64,000 bases of DNA, taken from assembly GCA_964016885.1 (NCBI GenBank), contig OZ024754.1, positions 7,068,001 through 7,132,000 of the forward strand, given 5' to 3'. Under the pieces are notes generated by a model. That model was given only the letters and a program-made list of their open reading frames with translations. It did not search any database and was not told where the DNA came from. A program made the translations under genes and the position numbers. Of this stretch, positions 27,238 to 41,519 are shown in pieces (position 1 is the first letter of the stretch; every line of letters begins with the position of its first letter). The stretch comes from Eledone cirrhosa. Taxonomy: Eukaryota.

Positions 27238-27279
27238 TCAGAGTTCTTTCGTCACACATATCTGTGACATCATCAGTGA
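27238..27279 (-). ncRNA. Minimal hammerhead (same family as 52764-52806)
   Basis: TCA-CTGATGA-T-GTCACA gatatg TGTGAC-GAAA-GAAC-TC-TGA. Confidence 0.7.
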
Positions 27280-27628
27280 TGTTTCTATGTTCCTCCCATT
27301 GTGTTCCTGTAATTTTTTCTTATTCTATTTTATTTATTGTTGTCTCTGATTGTGCAAATTATAATAAAAAAATATTGTGTAATAACTTATTAAACCAACT
27401 TTTAATAACAACTAAAGAACAATATGTATAAAAATGATACAGTAAATCTATTTCTATAAAGAAGACATCTCTAGTATTATATTGGAATGGTTCATTAGTA
27501 TTCTAATCTTTGAAACAATATTTAATTAATTCCACCCATCGTGACTAGGGAATAACTGATATTGTTAACTATTTTACCACATTTCAACACGTTTTATCTT
27601 AAAATACACTTGATTCCATAACGAAATT

Positions 27629-27783
27629 AATGGTTAGAGCATTGGGCTTGCAATCGAAAGGTTGTGAGTTCAATTCTCAGACCGGGTGATGTGTTGTTTC
27701 CTTGAGCAAGACACCTTATTTCACGTTGCTCGAGTTTACTCAGCTGTAGAAATGAGATGATAGGACTGGGGTCCCTATCATTA
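27629..27783 (+). mobile_element. CORE-like SINE fragment
   Basis: Matches 1905-2062. Confidence 0.85.
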
Positions 27784-27865
27784 AATTACCCAAGACACCT
27801 CCAACGAGATATATCTTGGAGGAGGCCAGCTAAACCTGCATAGGTGTGAGCTGTCACATACACAG

Positions 27866-27899
<34 letters not shown>

Positions 27900-28057
27900 C
27901 TGTGTGTGTGTGTAGGAAATTAGGGTTATCTTATTCAGAAAACAACTACTCTAATCTAGATTGCATAAATCACTTTCCATACGCCCACTCACGCAAATTA
28001 TCGATCCTGTGCTTAAATTAGAAAGTATTATTATTATTGTTATTACTATATTATATT

Positions 28058-28280
28058 AGGGCGTTGGATTGGCAGAATCGGTAGAACGTCGGAAAAAATG
28101 CTTTGTTGCATAGAGTTACGGTTCTTTACGTTCTGAGTTCAAATCCCACAGAGGTTAGTTTTACCTTTCATTCTTACGGGGTCGATAAAATAAAGCACCA
28201 GTAATGCACTGGGGTCGATTTAATCGATTTTCCCTTCCGTCAAAATTGCTGGCCTTGTATCTAAAGTAGAAACAATTATT
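28058..28280 (+). mobile_element. Meta-domain SINE
   Basis: Family motifs. Confidence 0.85.
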
Positions 28281-28461
28281 CGTAACGTTTTTGTTCTGGC
28301 AGATATTATACCGAAACTATACCAAAAGAAGCAGAGTGGGTATAAAGGTAGGAAAAACCTGACCGCGGCGCTTAGTGGCTTCGTCTTTTTACCAGATGTC
28401 ATGGTAACTCTTTTACCTTCCTTTCACACACTCCCCTCAATCTATCTTATTTCTCATTCTT

Positions 28462-28497
28462 TCTTCTGATGAAGGACTAGCGTCCGAAACGTTAAGA
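28462..28497 (+). ncRNA. Minimal hammerhead (family D)
   Basis: TCTT-CTGATGA-A-GGAC tagc GTCC-GAAA-CG-TT-AAGA; the 30259-30294 copy has G at the cleavage position. Confidence 0.7.
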
Positions 28498-28582
28498 CCC
28501 TCTTCCTGCTATATCAAGCGTTAACCTAATATATTCCTTCCTTATACAGTACCGATTGCGCTGTTATTTCTGTTTACCTTTT

Positions 28583-28637
<55 letters not shown>

Positions 28638-28667
28638 GATAAATCTACCAAGAGTTTACGGTAGTGT

Positions 28668-28802
28668 CTGAAGACGGCATATATATGTGTTTGGTATGTA
28701 TATTTAATTTTGATAGTTTGTATAATTTTGTATAATTTTGTACATAGATCTGTTCAATATGCATGCCAATTCTAACACATATATATCCTAGAAACGATCG
28801 TT
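28668..28802 (+). ncRNA. Degenerate hammerhead with ~115-nt stem II
   Basis: CTGAAGA..ATATATATGTGTT/AACACATATATAT..GAAA-CGATCG-TT; stem I poor. Confidence 0.5.
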
Positions 28803-28866
28803 AAATAATGAACTTTTTTTGTTTAATATAAGGAACTGTTTCATTGTTTTATTCATTATTTTTTTA

Positions 28867-28944
<78 letters not shown>

Positions 28945-30629
28945 CGTATACATATGTGTGTGTTTGTGTTTGTGTGTGTGCATATATATGTTCTATTCGT
29001 GTGTTCGTACATTTATGTAAATGTTAAACAACAATACAAGCCTATCCTTCTTTTTTTTACCACCCAAATATAAATGAATTGCCAAAGTACTTCACACCTG
29101 CCTTTTGACAAGATCTCATGTTTTATATTACAATACTTATGTATCATAATTTTGTACCATAAGGCAATGTTCAATGAATCAAAATATAATATTCATATAA
29201 AGTTAATGCAGAAATATATCTATATATGCATACATTTTTTTTATAGTAAATTTTAAAACCCTATTTAAAAATTCCAGTCCTTTATAACAAAGATGTGTTT
29301 TCAAAAACACAATATATTCATTTCCGAAGCCGCGTTTATTAAATAAGACACCTGCAGAATCATTTAACAACGTTAGATTAATTATCAGGTGCTTTTCAAA
29401 TAAAATAATATTAATTCTTCTTCTCGTGATTATATGAGAGATATTGTTGGATTTCTTTACACTTTCCTAACAATGTCTATTGTTTAATGTAGTTCTAATG
29501 CCAGAAGCTTTAAAACTAAAACTTTTATTCTTCATTTAAGTTGGTGTTCATATAGTTTATTTTTGTCCTTTCAAAAGGGATTTTTCTGTACATATTTATA
29601 TGATATAATGCTCTACATTTCCATTATATGGTAACAAATTGTAGATATACATCTAATCACATGCCATGATTTCTGAACATAATATGAAACATGGACTAAG
29701 AAACTCCAAATTCTTATATTGAATAAATATGTATGAAAATATTGAAAAACAGAATTTAATGTTTGTATATATTTTTCACTGTGATTCTAATTTATTTTAA
29801 AGATATATCATAGGTGTAGCTCCATTCCCAATTCTATATTTGAAACATATCTAATCCATTATTAACTTTCGATGTGACGATCATAGAATTGATATACTAT
29901 TGTTATACACAGCAAAGCAAACCAGCATTTATATTAATTGTAAAGGTTTAAATATGTGTGTAATAAACGAAAAACGTTGCCTTTGTATCGTATGAACTCT
30001 TAAAGACACAGCATAATACGAATTTGCAGGTGAATTCTGTTGTAGGATAACTGCAATGGAGAATATATTTTAAATCTTCAAACCATTTGTGTCCCAAAAA
30101 TTAATTTAAATTTCAGTGTTGCGGTTGTTTGTCGCTGACATGATTTGAAAACCCATGTTAAACCTGATGTCATTATAACGTGGAGGAGTTATTTCAGAAA
30201 GACATTTTTTCCAATTCCAACCCGCCCGTCCCTTCAATCTACCTTATTTCTCATTCTTTCTTCTGACGAAGGACTAGCGTCCGAAACGTGAAGACCCTCT
30301 TTCTGCTATATCAAGCGTTAACCTAATATATTCCTTCCATATACTGTACCGATTGTGTTGTTATTTCTGTTTACCTTTTACACATATATATATACATATA
30401 TATATATAAATTATCTTTATGAATAACTTTCTATATAATATGCTCACTATTTTCACTTTATTTAATAACCTCTTCACAACAGCTACTAATACTTTGCTAT
30501 CTGTATAATATAATATCATTTTGTCACTCTTGCTTTTCAATATGATGTCACTGACACTGTCAATAGTAATGTATCTTCATGAATGTTCTGAGGACTAGGA
30601 TTGTAATTACTTGTTTAAACATTGTGTAG

Positions 30630-30674
30630 GCTCCGATGATTCCAGACAGTTGTATCGAAGAAACGATCGTCAGC
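30630..30674 (+). ncRNA. Hammerhead with CCGATGA core
   Basis: GCT-CCGATGA-TTC..GAA-GAAA-CGATCG-TC-AGC. Confidence 0.6.
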
Positions 30675-31724
30675 AATTAAATGTATTAAGCAAAAATTTG
30701 ATTGTTTATATTTTGTATATATATATATGTATAAAAGGTATGTATACAAGGTATGTATATATATATAAAAGGTATGTAATTGGAAGGCTGCGACAATGAG
30801 AAAGGTGTGGTACAATTTAAGATAAAAGAAGGCAACAAAACTGCTATGTTTTAGCTGTTCTTTATTTAAATATGACCTTAAATTTCGAGCTAAAAATGTT
30901 CGAAGCTTTTTGAACGACGGTAGACCATCATTATCTCGAATGAAAGGAAGGTTTATATATGCAGCACAATGAGAACAGAAACATAGCTGCCTGATGGGGC
31001 TTCCTGACAGCAAGGTTTGACCAAACTTACCTTTATTCTCTTGTCCTTTATAATTATATTCAAGCACTCGTTGATTATATAATGTAGAACATATATGGAT
31101 CTTTCGTCTAAGGTTTTTTTTAACAACGGTATACAATTCCTGCCTCAAATGAAAGGAAGATTTATATATTATCTCCTGTATAACCTTTTACATATCAGAT
31201 ATCCATCATATCATTGCAATTACTGTTGAGCATTGAAACATATAATTCATTTCAATCCATGGCATGTTTTATCGATTAGAATTTTATGATTTATTGGAAA
31301 CGTGGGTACAAATTGAATTTAGGAGTTAGAACCAACAAATGACCAAGGATTCATGTCTGTGATATTTGATTCTTCAAATTTCAGGGGAAATCCTTAAATC
31401 TGAAATCGCAACGATGTCAAAGTTATGTTGTTCTGTGTAATTAATCTGAGATCGGAATGTTTTGTGAAAACTGAATTTTCTATATCAGAGATTTATATGT
31501 CAGAATTAGAATAAATACGTACAAGAGAAAACAGTAAAACCTGCTTCAGTTTAGTAATTACAGGGGAAAGTATTTGAGGTAATGTCATTTTATATTAAAG
31601 TTAGACAACCTCGGTAATATCATTGTTGATTAATGAGTTGATTAATTGAATCAATGTTTGGTACTCCACAGGGGTTTATAGACTGGTGTCTGCTTATTGT
31701 TAATGTTCTCTAGAATATATAAGG

Positions 31725-31769
<45 letters not shown>

Positions 31770-31828
31770 GTATATATGTATATATCTATACATATGTATA
31801 TATATATAAATATTGTATATATACATAA

Positions 31829-31859
<31 letters not shown>

Positions 31860-32077
31860 TATATATATATATGTATGTATATGTATATATATGTATATAT
31901 ATATATATATAAATATTATATACATAAATATATGAATGTATATATATGTATATGTATATATATGTATGTATATGTATATATATATATATATATATATAAA
32001 TATTATATATATACATATTATATATATACATAAATATATAAATGTATATATATGTATATGTATATAAATATACTTAT

Positions 32078-32108
<31 letters not shown>

Positions 32109-32195
32109 AATATATTTATATATATATAAATACATACATATACATATTTTATATATATATATTTATACATATATATATATATATAGAGAGAGAGA
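31725..32195. repeat. Complex (TA)n microsatellite
   Basis: Direct reading. Confidence 0.95.
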
Positions 32196-32345
32196 GGCGT
32201 GTAGTAGAACATAACTGATTTGTGTCTACGAAGTTCTTATATAGTATTCAAATTTGCTGCTCATCAATCTATTAGTGTGACTATGACAATTACTGTTACG
32301 ACTCCTGTTGCTGTCTCTATAACTAAATCTTTCATCACTAGATGA

Positions 32346-32866
32346 AGAGTTACGGCCCCTTATGGTCTGAGTTCAAATCCCGCCGAGGTTAACTTTGCCT
32401 TTCATCCTTACGGGATCGATAAAATAAAGTACCAGTAATACACTGGGATAATTGCTGGTCTTGTGCCAAATGTAGAAACAATTATTGCTGTTGGAAGGAA
32501 GAAAACGATGGAGGATAAAGGATAAGGGCCTAATATGTTTAAGATAGATATTAAGTAACAATATCACAAATGAGAGATCCGGGAAAATAGTTTTAGAAAG
32601 ACAGATAAACTGTCACATGACTACAGTGAATCTGAATTCCAGTTTAAAGTTTACGAAGATCCAAAGGACACTTATAAACTTAATAATTGTTTCTACCTTT
32701 GGCACAAGGCTAGCAATTATCCCAGTGCATTACAGGTACTTTATTTTAGGATGAAAGGCAAAGTTAACCTCGGCGGGATTTGAACTGAGACCATAAAGGG
32801 CTGTAAATTAATAATTGTTTCTACTTTTTGGCACAAGGCCAGCAATTATTTTAGTGTATTACTGGT
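32346..32866. mobile_element. Meta-domain SINEs (32346-32486 on +, 32683-32866 on -)
   Basis: Family motifs. Confidence 0.8.
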
Positions 32867-32943
32867 ACGTAAATCAATAATGTTAACAAGATATTATGAT
32901 TGTTTTTTTGTACACTCCATCATATACGACAGGTACTATGATA

Positions 32944-32984
<41 letters not shown>

Positions 32985-33032
32985 AAGAGTGAAGAGTAAC
33001 ATGGTGAGCTGTACAAAAAAGGTTTACTTTAC

Positions 33033-33145
33033 AGTATTAATAATTGTTTCATTGATCAGGTGAGTCTAAAGGCCGCTAATCACTCGAAGTTGTGTCACTC
33101 GACCTTAAATACAGTGTGTGTCTCTGATCTAATCACCGGAACACT
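33033..33145 (-). ncRNA. Degenerate long-stem-II hammerhead
   Basis: AGTGTT-CCGGTGA-TTaGATCAG..CTGATCAAT-GAAA-CAATTA-TT-AATACT. Confidence 0.5.
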
Positions 33146-33147
33146 CA

Positions 33148-33224
<77 letters not shown>

Positions 33225-33261
33225 CGAAACATAAGTCAATTGCATGAACTCATAATCCTTT

Positions 33262-33312
33262 ATTTATATATATATTTCGATGATAGCCATTGAATGGCTA
33301 TGACCTCACCAG
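33262..33312 (-). ncRNA. Degenerate hammerhead
   Basis: CTGGTGA-GGTc-ATAGCCAT tca ATGGCTAT-cATC-GAAA-TATATA. Confidence 0.45.
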
Positions 33313-33411
33313 GCAGTTAGTCAGTTCTTTGATATGTCAGCTCTGTGTTTATAGTGTTGATGGTATCAGAGCCTTGGGACATATCTTGGGACATATATAT
33401 ATATATATATA

Positions 33412-33607
33412 GGGACAAGTATGACCCCGACTGCAGAGCTCAAGCTGTTTCGACGGCTATTTCTGGACTACCAGAAATAACCGTCGAAACGGCTTGAGCT
33501 CTGCCGTCGGGGTCATACTTGTTTCTATTACCCACTCTACTACCCTAAGTATTGAGTACTTTGGTGCGTTATGGTCCATCTGGTTCCTTACCACAATTCC
33601 TTCGTTA
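33412..33607. mobile_element. PLE pLTR-like family F fold-back (3' half of an HHR); copies at 11033-11069, 37122-37316, 60790-60848, 61135-61510
   Basis: GAAA-CGGC ttgagctct GCCG-TC-GGGGTC; inverted arms; flanked by (TA)n. Confidence 0.7.
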
Positions 33608-34292
33608 TATATATATTTATAAATATATATATATGAAAATGTGTAAAATCCTTAGTACAGTTAGGTATATTTTAAATACACCGACGAATGCGAGAAAGTT
33701 CTCCAGGAAAGTTAACCAAGAATCTTAAAAATATCTTCCTACCGAAGGTAACGAAGAACTTACTAGATCTACCAAACCAAATTGTAAAATAAAAATATAA
33801 AATAAAATAAAATTGGATAAAACTACAAGTGAAGTTATTCTTTTCCTTTATAGTGCCCCAGCATGGCCTCAGCCGGATGGCTGAAACAGGTAAAAGGGTA
33901 AAAGGGATATATATATATATATATATATAAATGAAAATAGAGAAATTAATGTAAGCAAAAAGCCGACAATAATTCAGATATATGTGACTATAGCCTCAAG
34001 ATGAAACATTTTTAACGCAAGATATGGGATAAATAATTCATCCTAATTCAAAACAAGTCAAGAAGAAAAATTTTATCCTCAGATTTTGTGTAAGCTGGGG
34101 AAAAAACCATACAATCTTAACTCAAAATAAAATCAAGAATGAAATACTTAGCCTTCAATTTGGGGAAATCTACAAATGCACTATATAGTCTTAAAAGACT
34201 ATTTCACGAAACTTTTCAGTTGGGTTAGTCACGGTTGGGGTCGGTCCTCAGTAGTGCTCAACACGTTAACTAAATCACACTACTAAAATGCC

Positions 34293-34720
34293 AGAGTGGT
34301 GATAATTATGGGATATTGAGAGAGAGGCTGATATGGGGCCTCTACCATTTATTTTTGTATGTGCGTATACATATATATACACATACAAAAATAAATGGTA
34401 GAGGCCCCATATCACCCTCTCTCTCAATATCACATAATTATCACCACTCTCTCTCTCTCTCTCTCTCTTCGATATCACATATCACACTCTCTCTCCCCCT
34501 CTCTCTCTTAGATATAAGATACTTATCACCACACTCTCTCTCTTAGATATCACATACTTATCACCACTCTCTTTCTCTTCGATATCACATAATTATCACC
34601 ACTCTCTCTCTTAGATATCAGATACTTATCAGCACTCTCTCTCTCTCTTAGATATCACATACTTATCACCTCTCTCTTTCTCTCTCTCTCTCAATCTCTC
34701 TCTCTCTTAGATATCACATT
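34293..34720. repeat. ~70-bp-arm hairpin (34293-34450) followed by a CT-rich minisatellite built from the end of its arm
   Basis: gatatcacatacttatcaccactctctc units. Confidence 0.8.
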
Positions 34721-35086
34721 CAGGTTAATTCTGGAAATATAGATATCATATAACTGATATATGATATCATGCATTGTAATATTAAAATAAACAAAACTCC
34801 CGCGGGTTTGAAGAATACAAAGACGTGTTTAGTAATGCTTCAACAGTCAGAGTTGAACATTATGTCATTTGTGACACAAAAATCTATAGAAAATCAATAA
34901 TATCAATTTTGTTAATGACAAATGTGGTTATAATCTTTATAAAACAACATTAATCAGAAACCATCAAAATATTCTATAAGTCAATAACCGTTAATGAATA
35001 CACAACTTAAGTCAATATTAATATTACATTTTTTTCAATTAATTCCCAAATGTGATAAAAGTAATTTTTTTCTTTATTAAACATTA

Positions 35087-35268
35087 TAATTGTTTCTACT
35101 TTTGGCACAAAGCCAGCGATTAACCCAGCGCATTACTGGTACTTTATTTTATCGACCCCGTAAGGAAGAAAGGCAAAGTTAACCTCAGCGGGATTTGAAC
35201 TCAGAACGTAAAAGACCATAACTCTATGCCTCAAAGCATGTTGTCCGACGCTCTACCGATACTACCAA
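35087..35268 (-). mobile_element. Meta-domain SINE
   Basis: Family motifs. Confidence 0.85.
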
Positions 35269-37006
35269 TGAAATAATATAAATACTTTAATCTACGACTA
35301 TATCGATTGTACCAATTCACCAAATTCTACTGAACTACCAAAATAGATATCAATTTATAGCATTAATATTGATTTATCCCATTAATACAAGGTCATATAT
35401 TGGTTGAAAAGATGTTTCCAGTTGACTTCAATCAAGCTTAGTACATAACGACTGCTAGAATTATATATTACTGAGTTATAAGAAACAAAATATTCCCAAA
35501 TATAAATGGACATTAATAAATAACCGTTATCTTCTGACACATCTGTTTCAGATTGTCGATTGCCTTTAATTAAATATTAAAAGATACAAACAAACCACTT
35601 ATAGCTACCATTTAAAAGATAACTTCAACGTAATATCGAAATGATATAGATTTTCTTCCAAGAAAGTAAACATGGCGTCTGTATTTACGACAGGAAACAT
35701 TCATAATCCATGCCATCGACCATTGTATTATTAACTCTATTGATTTCAGAATATGAACTAAGTTACTATTTTTAACATCTGCACGTTTATTAAAACATCA
35801 AACATGGACATTGGAAGAGAATCAAAGGCATGAGACTGAGAGGAATCGTTGACTTAGCTGAGAATAAGGTGAACTCAATACTACACATCGAAGAAATCTC
35901 TGAATTCTTACAACATATACAAATTATATTTCCAGTTAGAATCAATAAATATTTCCCTTGAGATCGTTATTGGAAGATTTAATATTAAATACAGTATTTA
36001 GCGGTATCACAGGAGGTGAATTTTTGACCAGACCAGAAGATGCTTTTTAATTCTCCATTAAACTTAATTCTTCTATCTCACTAACACTGTTGTTAAAGCT
36101 ATAGAGAATACATAATCTTCTTATCTACTTGCAGTGAAGCTATAGTCTTCTGTTTAAACAAGTGCTTTAATAGCTATTATATTATGATAAAATATAATTT
36201 AATATCTATAATACTGATTTCTAATTTTAACTTCTACATCTTTTGATTGTTTTTACTTTGAGCTAGGAATAATTAATACATTTACACACGGTTATATATG
36301 GGTATATATTTAATTTTAACACGCCTCATTCTATTATTTTATTTTTATTTTATTTTCATTATCATTTACCTAAAATATACTGGCTCATTAATTAATATAT
36401 ATCTATATACATAACCGTTATTTAAATATTTCTAACAATAAGTACTTCAAAAGCTTTACATACCTAATACGTTGACAATGACTAACTTCATTAAAGATTA
36501 CATTTAGGAAAATATTCACAGTGTAAACTTTCCTTAATAATGGCCAGCTAAATCCTTTAAATCTTATCATCAAAACATGTTACACACTTATAAAATTTAC
36601 AAAACTAATATATAAATAACCACCAATTTAAAAAAAACCCCTAAAATATTGAATTCTTCACCCTAAGATAACATAAATCAAATATTTTCAAACTTAACCG
36701 TTTAACTTTCGGAGAAAAATCTCCTTCTGCATACATTAACCCCCTCATCTGTCCCTCTCTCTCACTGACTGTTATAATTCATGAAATGCTTTCCTAGATA
36801 AATTGTAGTATCATACATATTAAAATCTCGATAACTGGTACATTAAGCAACGTTTTTCTTACTCACACATTCTCTATTGAATTTATTACGTTTTCGCATT
36901 TTCTCATTATTAGGGTATAAATGTTAAATTTTCTCTTAGGTTAATCACTACCTTGATTAAATCTTAACTATTTAACATCTCAGAGTATGTCATGTATCAT
37001 TATATA

Positions 37007-37053
37007 TTGTCTGATGAGGACGTACTGTTGTACATCCGAAATATGTATAATAA
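37007..37053 (+). ncRNA. Hammerhead
   Basis: TTGT-CTGATGA-GGAcGTAC tgtt GTACaTCC-GAAA-TATGTA-TA-ATAA. Confidence 0.7.
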
Positions 37054-37312
37054 AATGTAATTGATGAAAAGAACATCTATTTTATTAATATTTATATTCT
37101 TATATATATATATATATATATAACGAGGACATGTGGTAAGGAACCAGATGGACCATAACGCACCAAAGTACTCAATACTTAGGGTAGTAGAGTGGGTAAT
37201 AGGAACAAGTAAGACCCCGACGGCTGAGCTCAAGCCGTTTCGACGGCTAATTCTGGAGTCCAGAATTAGCCGTCGAAACGGCTTGAGTTCAGCCGCCGGG
37301 GTCTTACTTGTT

Positions 37313-37359
<47 letters not shown>

Positions 37360-38298
37360 GCTGTTCAGAGCTCTAGTGTACATTACGCCCCTATAAGCCT
37401 GTGTTTCAATATAGAGATATATGGAGTGCAGAAAATATAAGGTTTCACAACCAGAAAAACCAATCGCCGAAGGCTTTCATATGAAACAAGCGGAAAGTAA
37501 TCAATAACTTTGGTAAACTCTTTGGAACAACATTGTATTCTTAATCATCTTTACCTCCCACGAAGAAAACAAATATTTGAAGAAATAAATCTAAGAAACA
37601 GGATTTAGTTCCTGGAAGTCTATATGAACAATAAATAAGAAATACGATGTTTTTATCTTTAAGGAATACAAATTATATAAATGACCATTAATATAAAGTA
37701 CAGACAACTTTTAGAGTTCTATCTTGTTTATTTCATTTATTTTGTATTCCTCTAACTCTGATTAGTTATAGACTCTCACATAACACAGACGTTAAATTAG
37801 ATTGTTTACCCCGAAGAGGAAGACTTCAAAAATATACACATTAAATAGACATAATAGAATCTATGGCTCCTTACCAGTTCTTATTCATTGTTACTGAAGA
37901 GTCATAGATTTTGGTCGGTTCCACATGAATAATTATATATATTCACAGATACACGTTACACATAAACACACACACACACACTGAGGAACAAAACACACAC
38001 CTTTTTAAGTGATACACAATACAGATATTTTTCATGATTTCAAAATCTATCCTAGAGTTAATTAACCATTCAAACTTACCATTATTATTATATTTTATAT
38101 AAGATATTTTCTGCTACAGACAGGATTCCAGACTAGCTTTTGATAATGCAAAAACCAGGAAGATAATATAGCTTTCTTTATAATGATGTATATCAATACA
38201 TTAGATTCCTAAGGCATTACTGAATAATTCATCTCCATGTAACTGATATAAGGCAAGTCAGTCTGTTTACTAGTCTTTTTATTTAGAGATAGTCATAG

Positions 38299-38805
38299 TA
38301 TTTAGGATATTCCACTGTAGTTATAGCAACTTCTGGGTGTTCAGAACTAAGGGTAGTTAGAGACGCGAGGATATTTAGGATATTCCACTGTAGTTATAGC
38401 AACTTCTGGGTGTTCAGAACTAAGGGTAGTTAGAGACGCGAGGATATTTAGGATATTCCACTGTAGTTATAGCAAATTCTAGGTGAGGTTAGAACGAGGG
38501 GTAGTTAAAGGCAGTCAGAGTATTTTATTCCAATGTAGTTGTAGCAACCTGTAAGTGATTATAACTAAGGGTAGTTAAAGATCGTCAAAGTATTTAGGTT
38601 ATTCCAATGTAGTTATAGTAATTATTAAGTGACGTTAGAACTGAAGGTAGTTAGAGCATATTTGTGAAGTTAGAGCAATTCAGGGAATTTTGGATGTTCC
38701 ACTGTCGATACAGCAACTACCAAGTTTGTTTAGAACAACAAAGTATAGTTAAAGATAGCCAGAGTATTTAAGTTATTCCAATGTCGTTGTAGCAACTTCT
38801 AAGTG
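38299..38805 (+). repeat. ~73-bp tandem repeat, ~7 progressively diverging copies
   Basis: tttaggatattcc at 38301, 38374, 38447. Confidence 0.85.
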
Positions 38806-38857
38806 GTTAACTAACTCTTGGAAATATATATTCTTTCAGAATAACATTAGAAATATT

Positions 38858-39203
38858 GAAGGCCCCACTCGGTCACGAATCACCATGGTTTTGTACCTAG
38901 AAAGTGTCCCTCCGAGGGTCAAGCTTAGGCAAGGTTTGGTCTTTTTTTTTGTGGAAGACCAGTAATCGCCCATGCATACCAGTCTTCCCTCTCCATGTCA
39001 CTGATATTGTCCAAGGGAAATGCAATGACCGATACAGCTTGGCACCAGTGATGTCGCAACTCATTTCTTCAGCTGATTAAACTGTAGCAACGTGAAATAA
39101 AGTGTCTTACTCAAGGACACAACGCATCACCCGGTCCGTGAATCGAACTCGCAACCTCTCAACTGCAAGCCCAATGCTCTAACCACTAAGCCATGTACCT
39201 TCA
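38858..39203 (-). mobile_element. CORE-like SINE with a different 3' tail
   Basis: A/B boxes and core on -. Confidence 0.85.
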
Positions 39204-39519
39204 CATTAGAAATATAATGTTGTTGATAAACACAAATATAAACACATAAAAAATACAACCAACCATTGCTAGAAACGTCACAAAAACAACACCAAAACTC
39301 ATGACCAGAGCGAGAGAAAGAAAAAACGAAAAAAGTGAAAAGAGGGGCAACCAAGAATAAAAACGAAGACAACCATCAATTGACCACCAAGTGCGATAAT
39401 AAGCTACACATCACAAGGGTCATCGGAATACATTGAGGTAAGCCAATACGTTCGCAACATTACCATTGGTAATGGTGAGGCCAAGGCGCTGAAACATATA
39501 TTGGATTTAGTCTTTGCGT

Positions 39520-40545
39520 AAAATGGTGATCGTGACATTCTTGTTGTCGTCGTTTTGTTCTTTAATTCTGCACTGGGTTTAGTCTTTATGTGAACATGTT
39601 ATTATCCTTTTGTTCGTTGCACTAGGTTTAGTGTGTTTAAAATGTTGTTAGTGATGTTCTTGTTATTCTTTTGTCCTTTAATTCTGCACTGTTTAGTCTC
39701 TATGTGAAAATGTTGATCTTCGTGTTGTTGGTGTTGTTGTGTCTGCTGTGGTTCTGTGCTTTACTTATGCACTGGTTTTAGACCTGTCATGGGTAACCAG
39801 CGGCCCACGAAGCTTTCTGAAAGGCTCGCCTAAGTCACCTAAGTGAAATCTTTTTGATTTTTTTAACCCAAACTTTTCACTCGTAATTTATCTTTCTATC
39901 ATTTTTACGACCGAGGAAAACAACGTGGACGAATTCTGAAGAAACAAATCAAAACAACCTGAGTTACCACCCTTTATTTTGGGTACGAATGTAAATTAAC
40001 CCTTGCTGCTCGCCTGATGATGAGCTATATCTCATGCAGCCCGCTTCTCGAAAAAGGTTGCCCATGCCTGCTTTAGTTTTTGTGTAAAAGAGTTATTATT
40101 GTTGTTGCTGTTGTTCTGTACTTTACTTAGGTACTGGGTTTAGTCTTTGTGTGAACATGTAAATCTTTCTGTTGCTGTTGTTGTTGTTGTTGCTGTACTT
40201 TAACATTTTCACACGAAGACTAATCCCAGTGCATAAGTAAAGTACAGAACAACAGCAGCAACAACAACAGCAGCAGCAGCAGCAGCAACAACAACAGCAA
40301 CAGGAAGATTAACATTTTCACACGAAGACTAAAAACTCAGAGCATGAGTAAACAACAACAACAACACCAACAACACGAAGATCAACATTTTCACACAAAG
40401 ACTAAACCCAGTGCCTAAGTAAATTACAGAACAACAATAACAACAACAATAATAACTCCAAGACCAACATTTTCACACAAGACTAAAGCCACTGCATAAG
40501 AAATCTTCGTGTTGTTGCTGTTGTCGTCCATTTTGTTCTTTACTT
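39520..40545. repeat. CAA-rich ~70-bp repeat units in both orientations surrounding a MITE
   Basis: Orientation flips near 40200 and 40500. Confidence 0.75.
39783..40070 (-). mobile_element. hAT-like MITE, complete
   Basis: Imperfect TIRs CTGTCATGGGTAACC / GGTTGCCCATGCCTG. Confidence 0.75.
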
Positions 40546-40757
40546 TTGTGTCAAATATTCTGTAAACGAAGAATTCTGTCTTTATTTTTTTCTGCTGAAT
40601 TTATTTTCTATTTTGTTGTGGAATGTTTTACATTAAAATCATGCGACAAAAGAAAGAGGAAACATCACAGCAATAGTTTAACACTTTTGGTGTGAGACAA
40701 ATGATTTACGAGAATTAAATATACTCTACACAGATGAACATACGTCACACCTCTCTC

Positions 40758-40801
<44 letters not shown>

Positions 40802-41154
40802 GTGTGTGTTTGGTTGTCCAGAAAACGAGTAAAAGGTGGTGAGAATGATATTGAAAATCAAGAAGAAACTTGTGAATTAAATGTATAATTTAAGAAGACA
40901 AAATAAAAATCAATGTGACTAAGTCATCACTTACTGAAGGTAATTTATAATGGTTGCAGTTTAAAGTAAATAATTACAGGAGATTTACTTAATGTTTATA
41001 GAAGACTGAAACTTTTCATATGGTTGTTGTATCTATTGTGAAATTGTGAGGTTTTATATTTGTTGTTTGGTGACGTCTATAGTTTCTTTCTTAATCAAAT
41101 TCACACTGGAATATTCATGTTCTGTTCAGACTAGTCATTGTATAATTGTATGAA

Positions 41155-41210
41155 TATGTGTGTCAGCATGTGAAGTGTGTGTCAGCGTATGAATATGTGT
41201 GAGCGTATGA

Positions 41211-41291
<81 letters not shown>

Positions 41292-41487
41292 CGTATGAAT
41301 GTGTGAGAGAGAGCGTGTGTGTGTGTGTGTGAGCGTATGTGTGTGTGTGCGTGTGTTACCGTGTGTGTGAATGTGTGTAAGCGTGTGTGTGTGAATGTGT
41401 GTGAGTGTGTGTGTGAATGTGTGTGTGTGTGTGTGTATGACCGTGTGTGTGTGTGTGTGAGCGCGTGTGTGTGTGTGAATGTGTGTG

Positions 41488-41519
<32 letters not shown>

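Noticed and set aside
29300-30170. Transposase or host exon (FWDTNG on -)
   Set aside because: Many stops and no extended similarity recognisable
39995-40035. Hammerhead at CTGATGA within the MITE
   Set aside because: No GAAA, stem III or NUH follows
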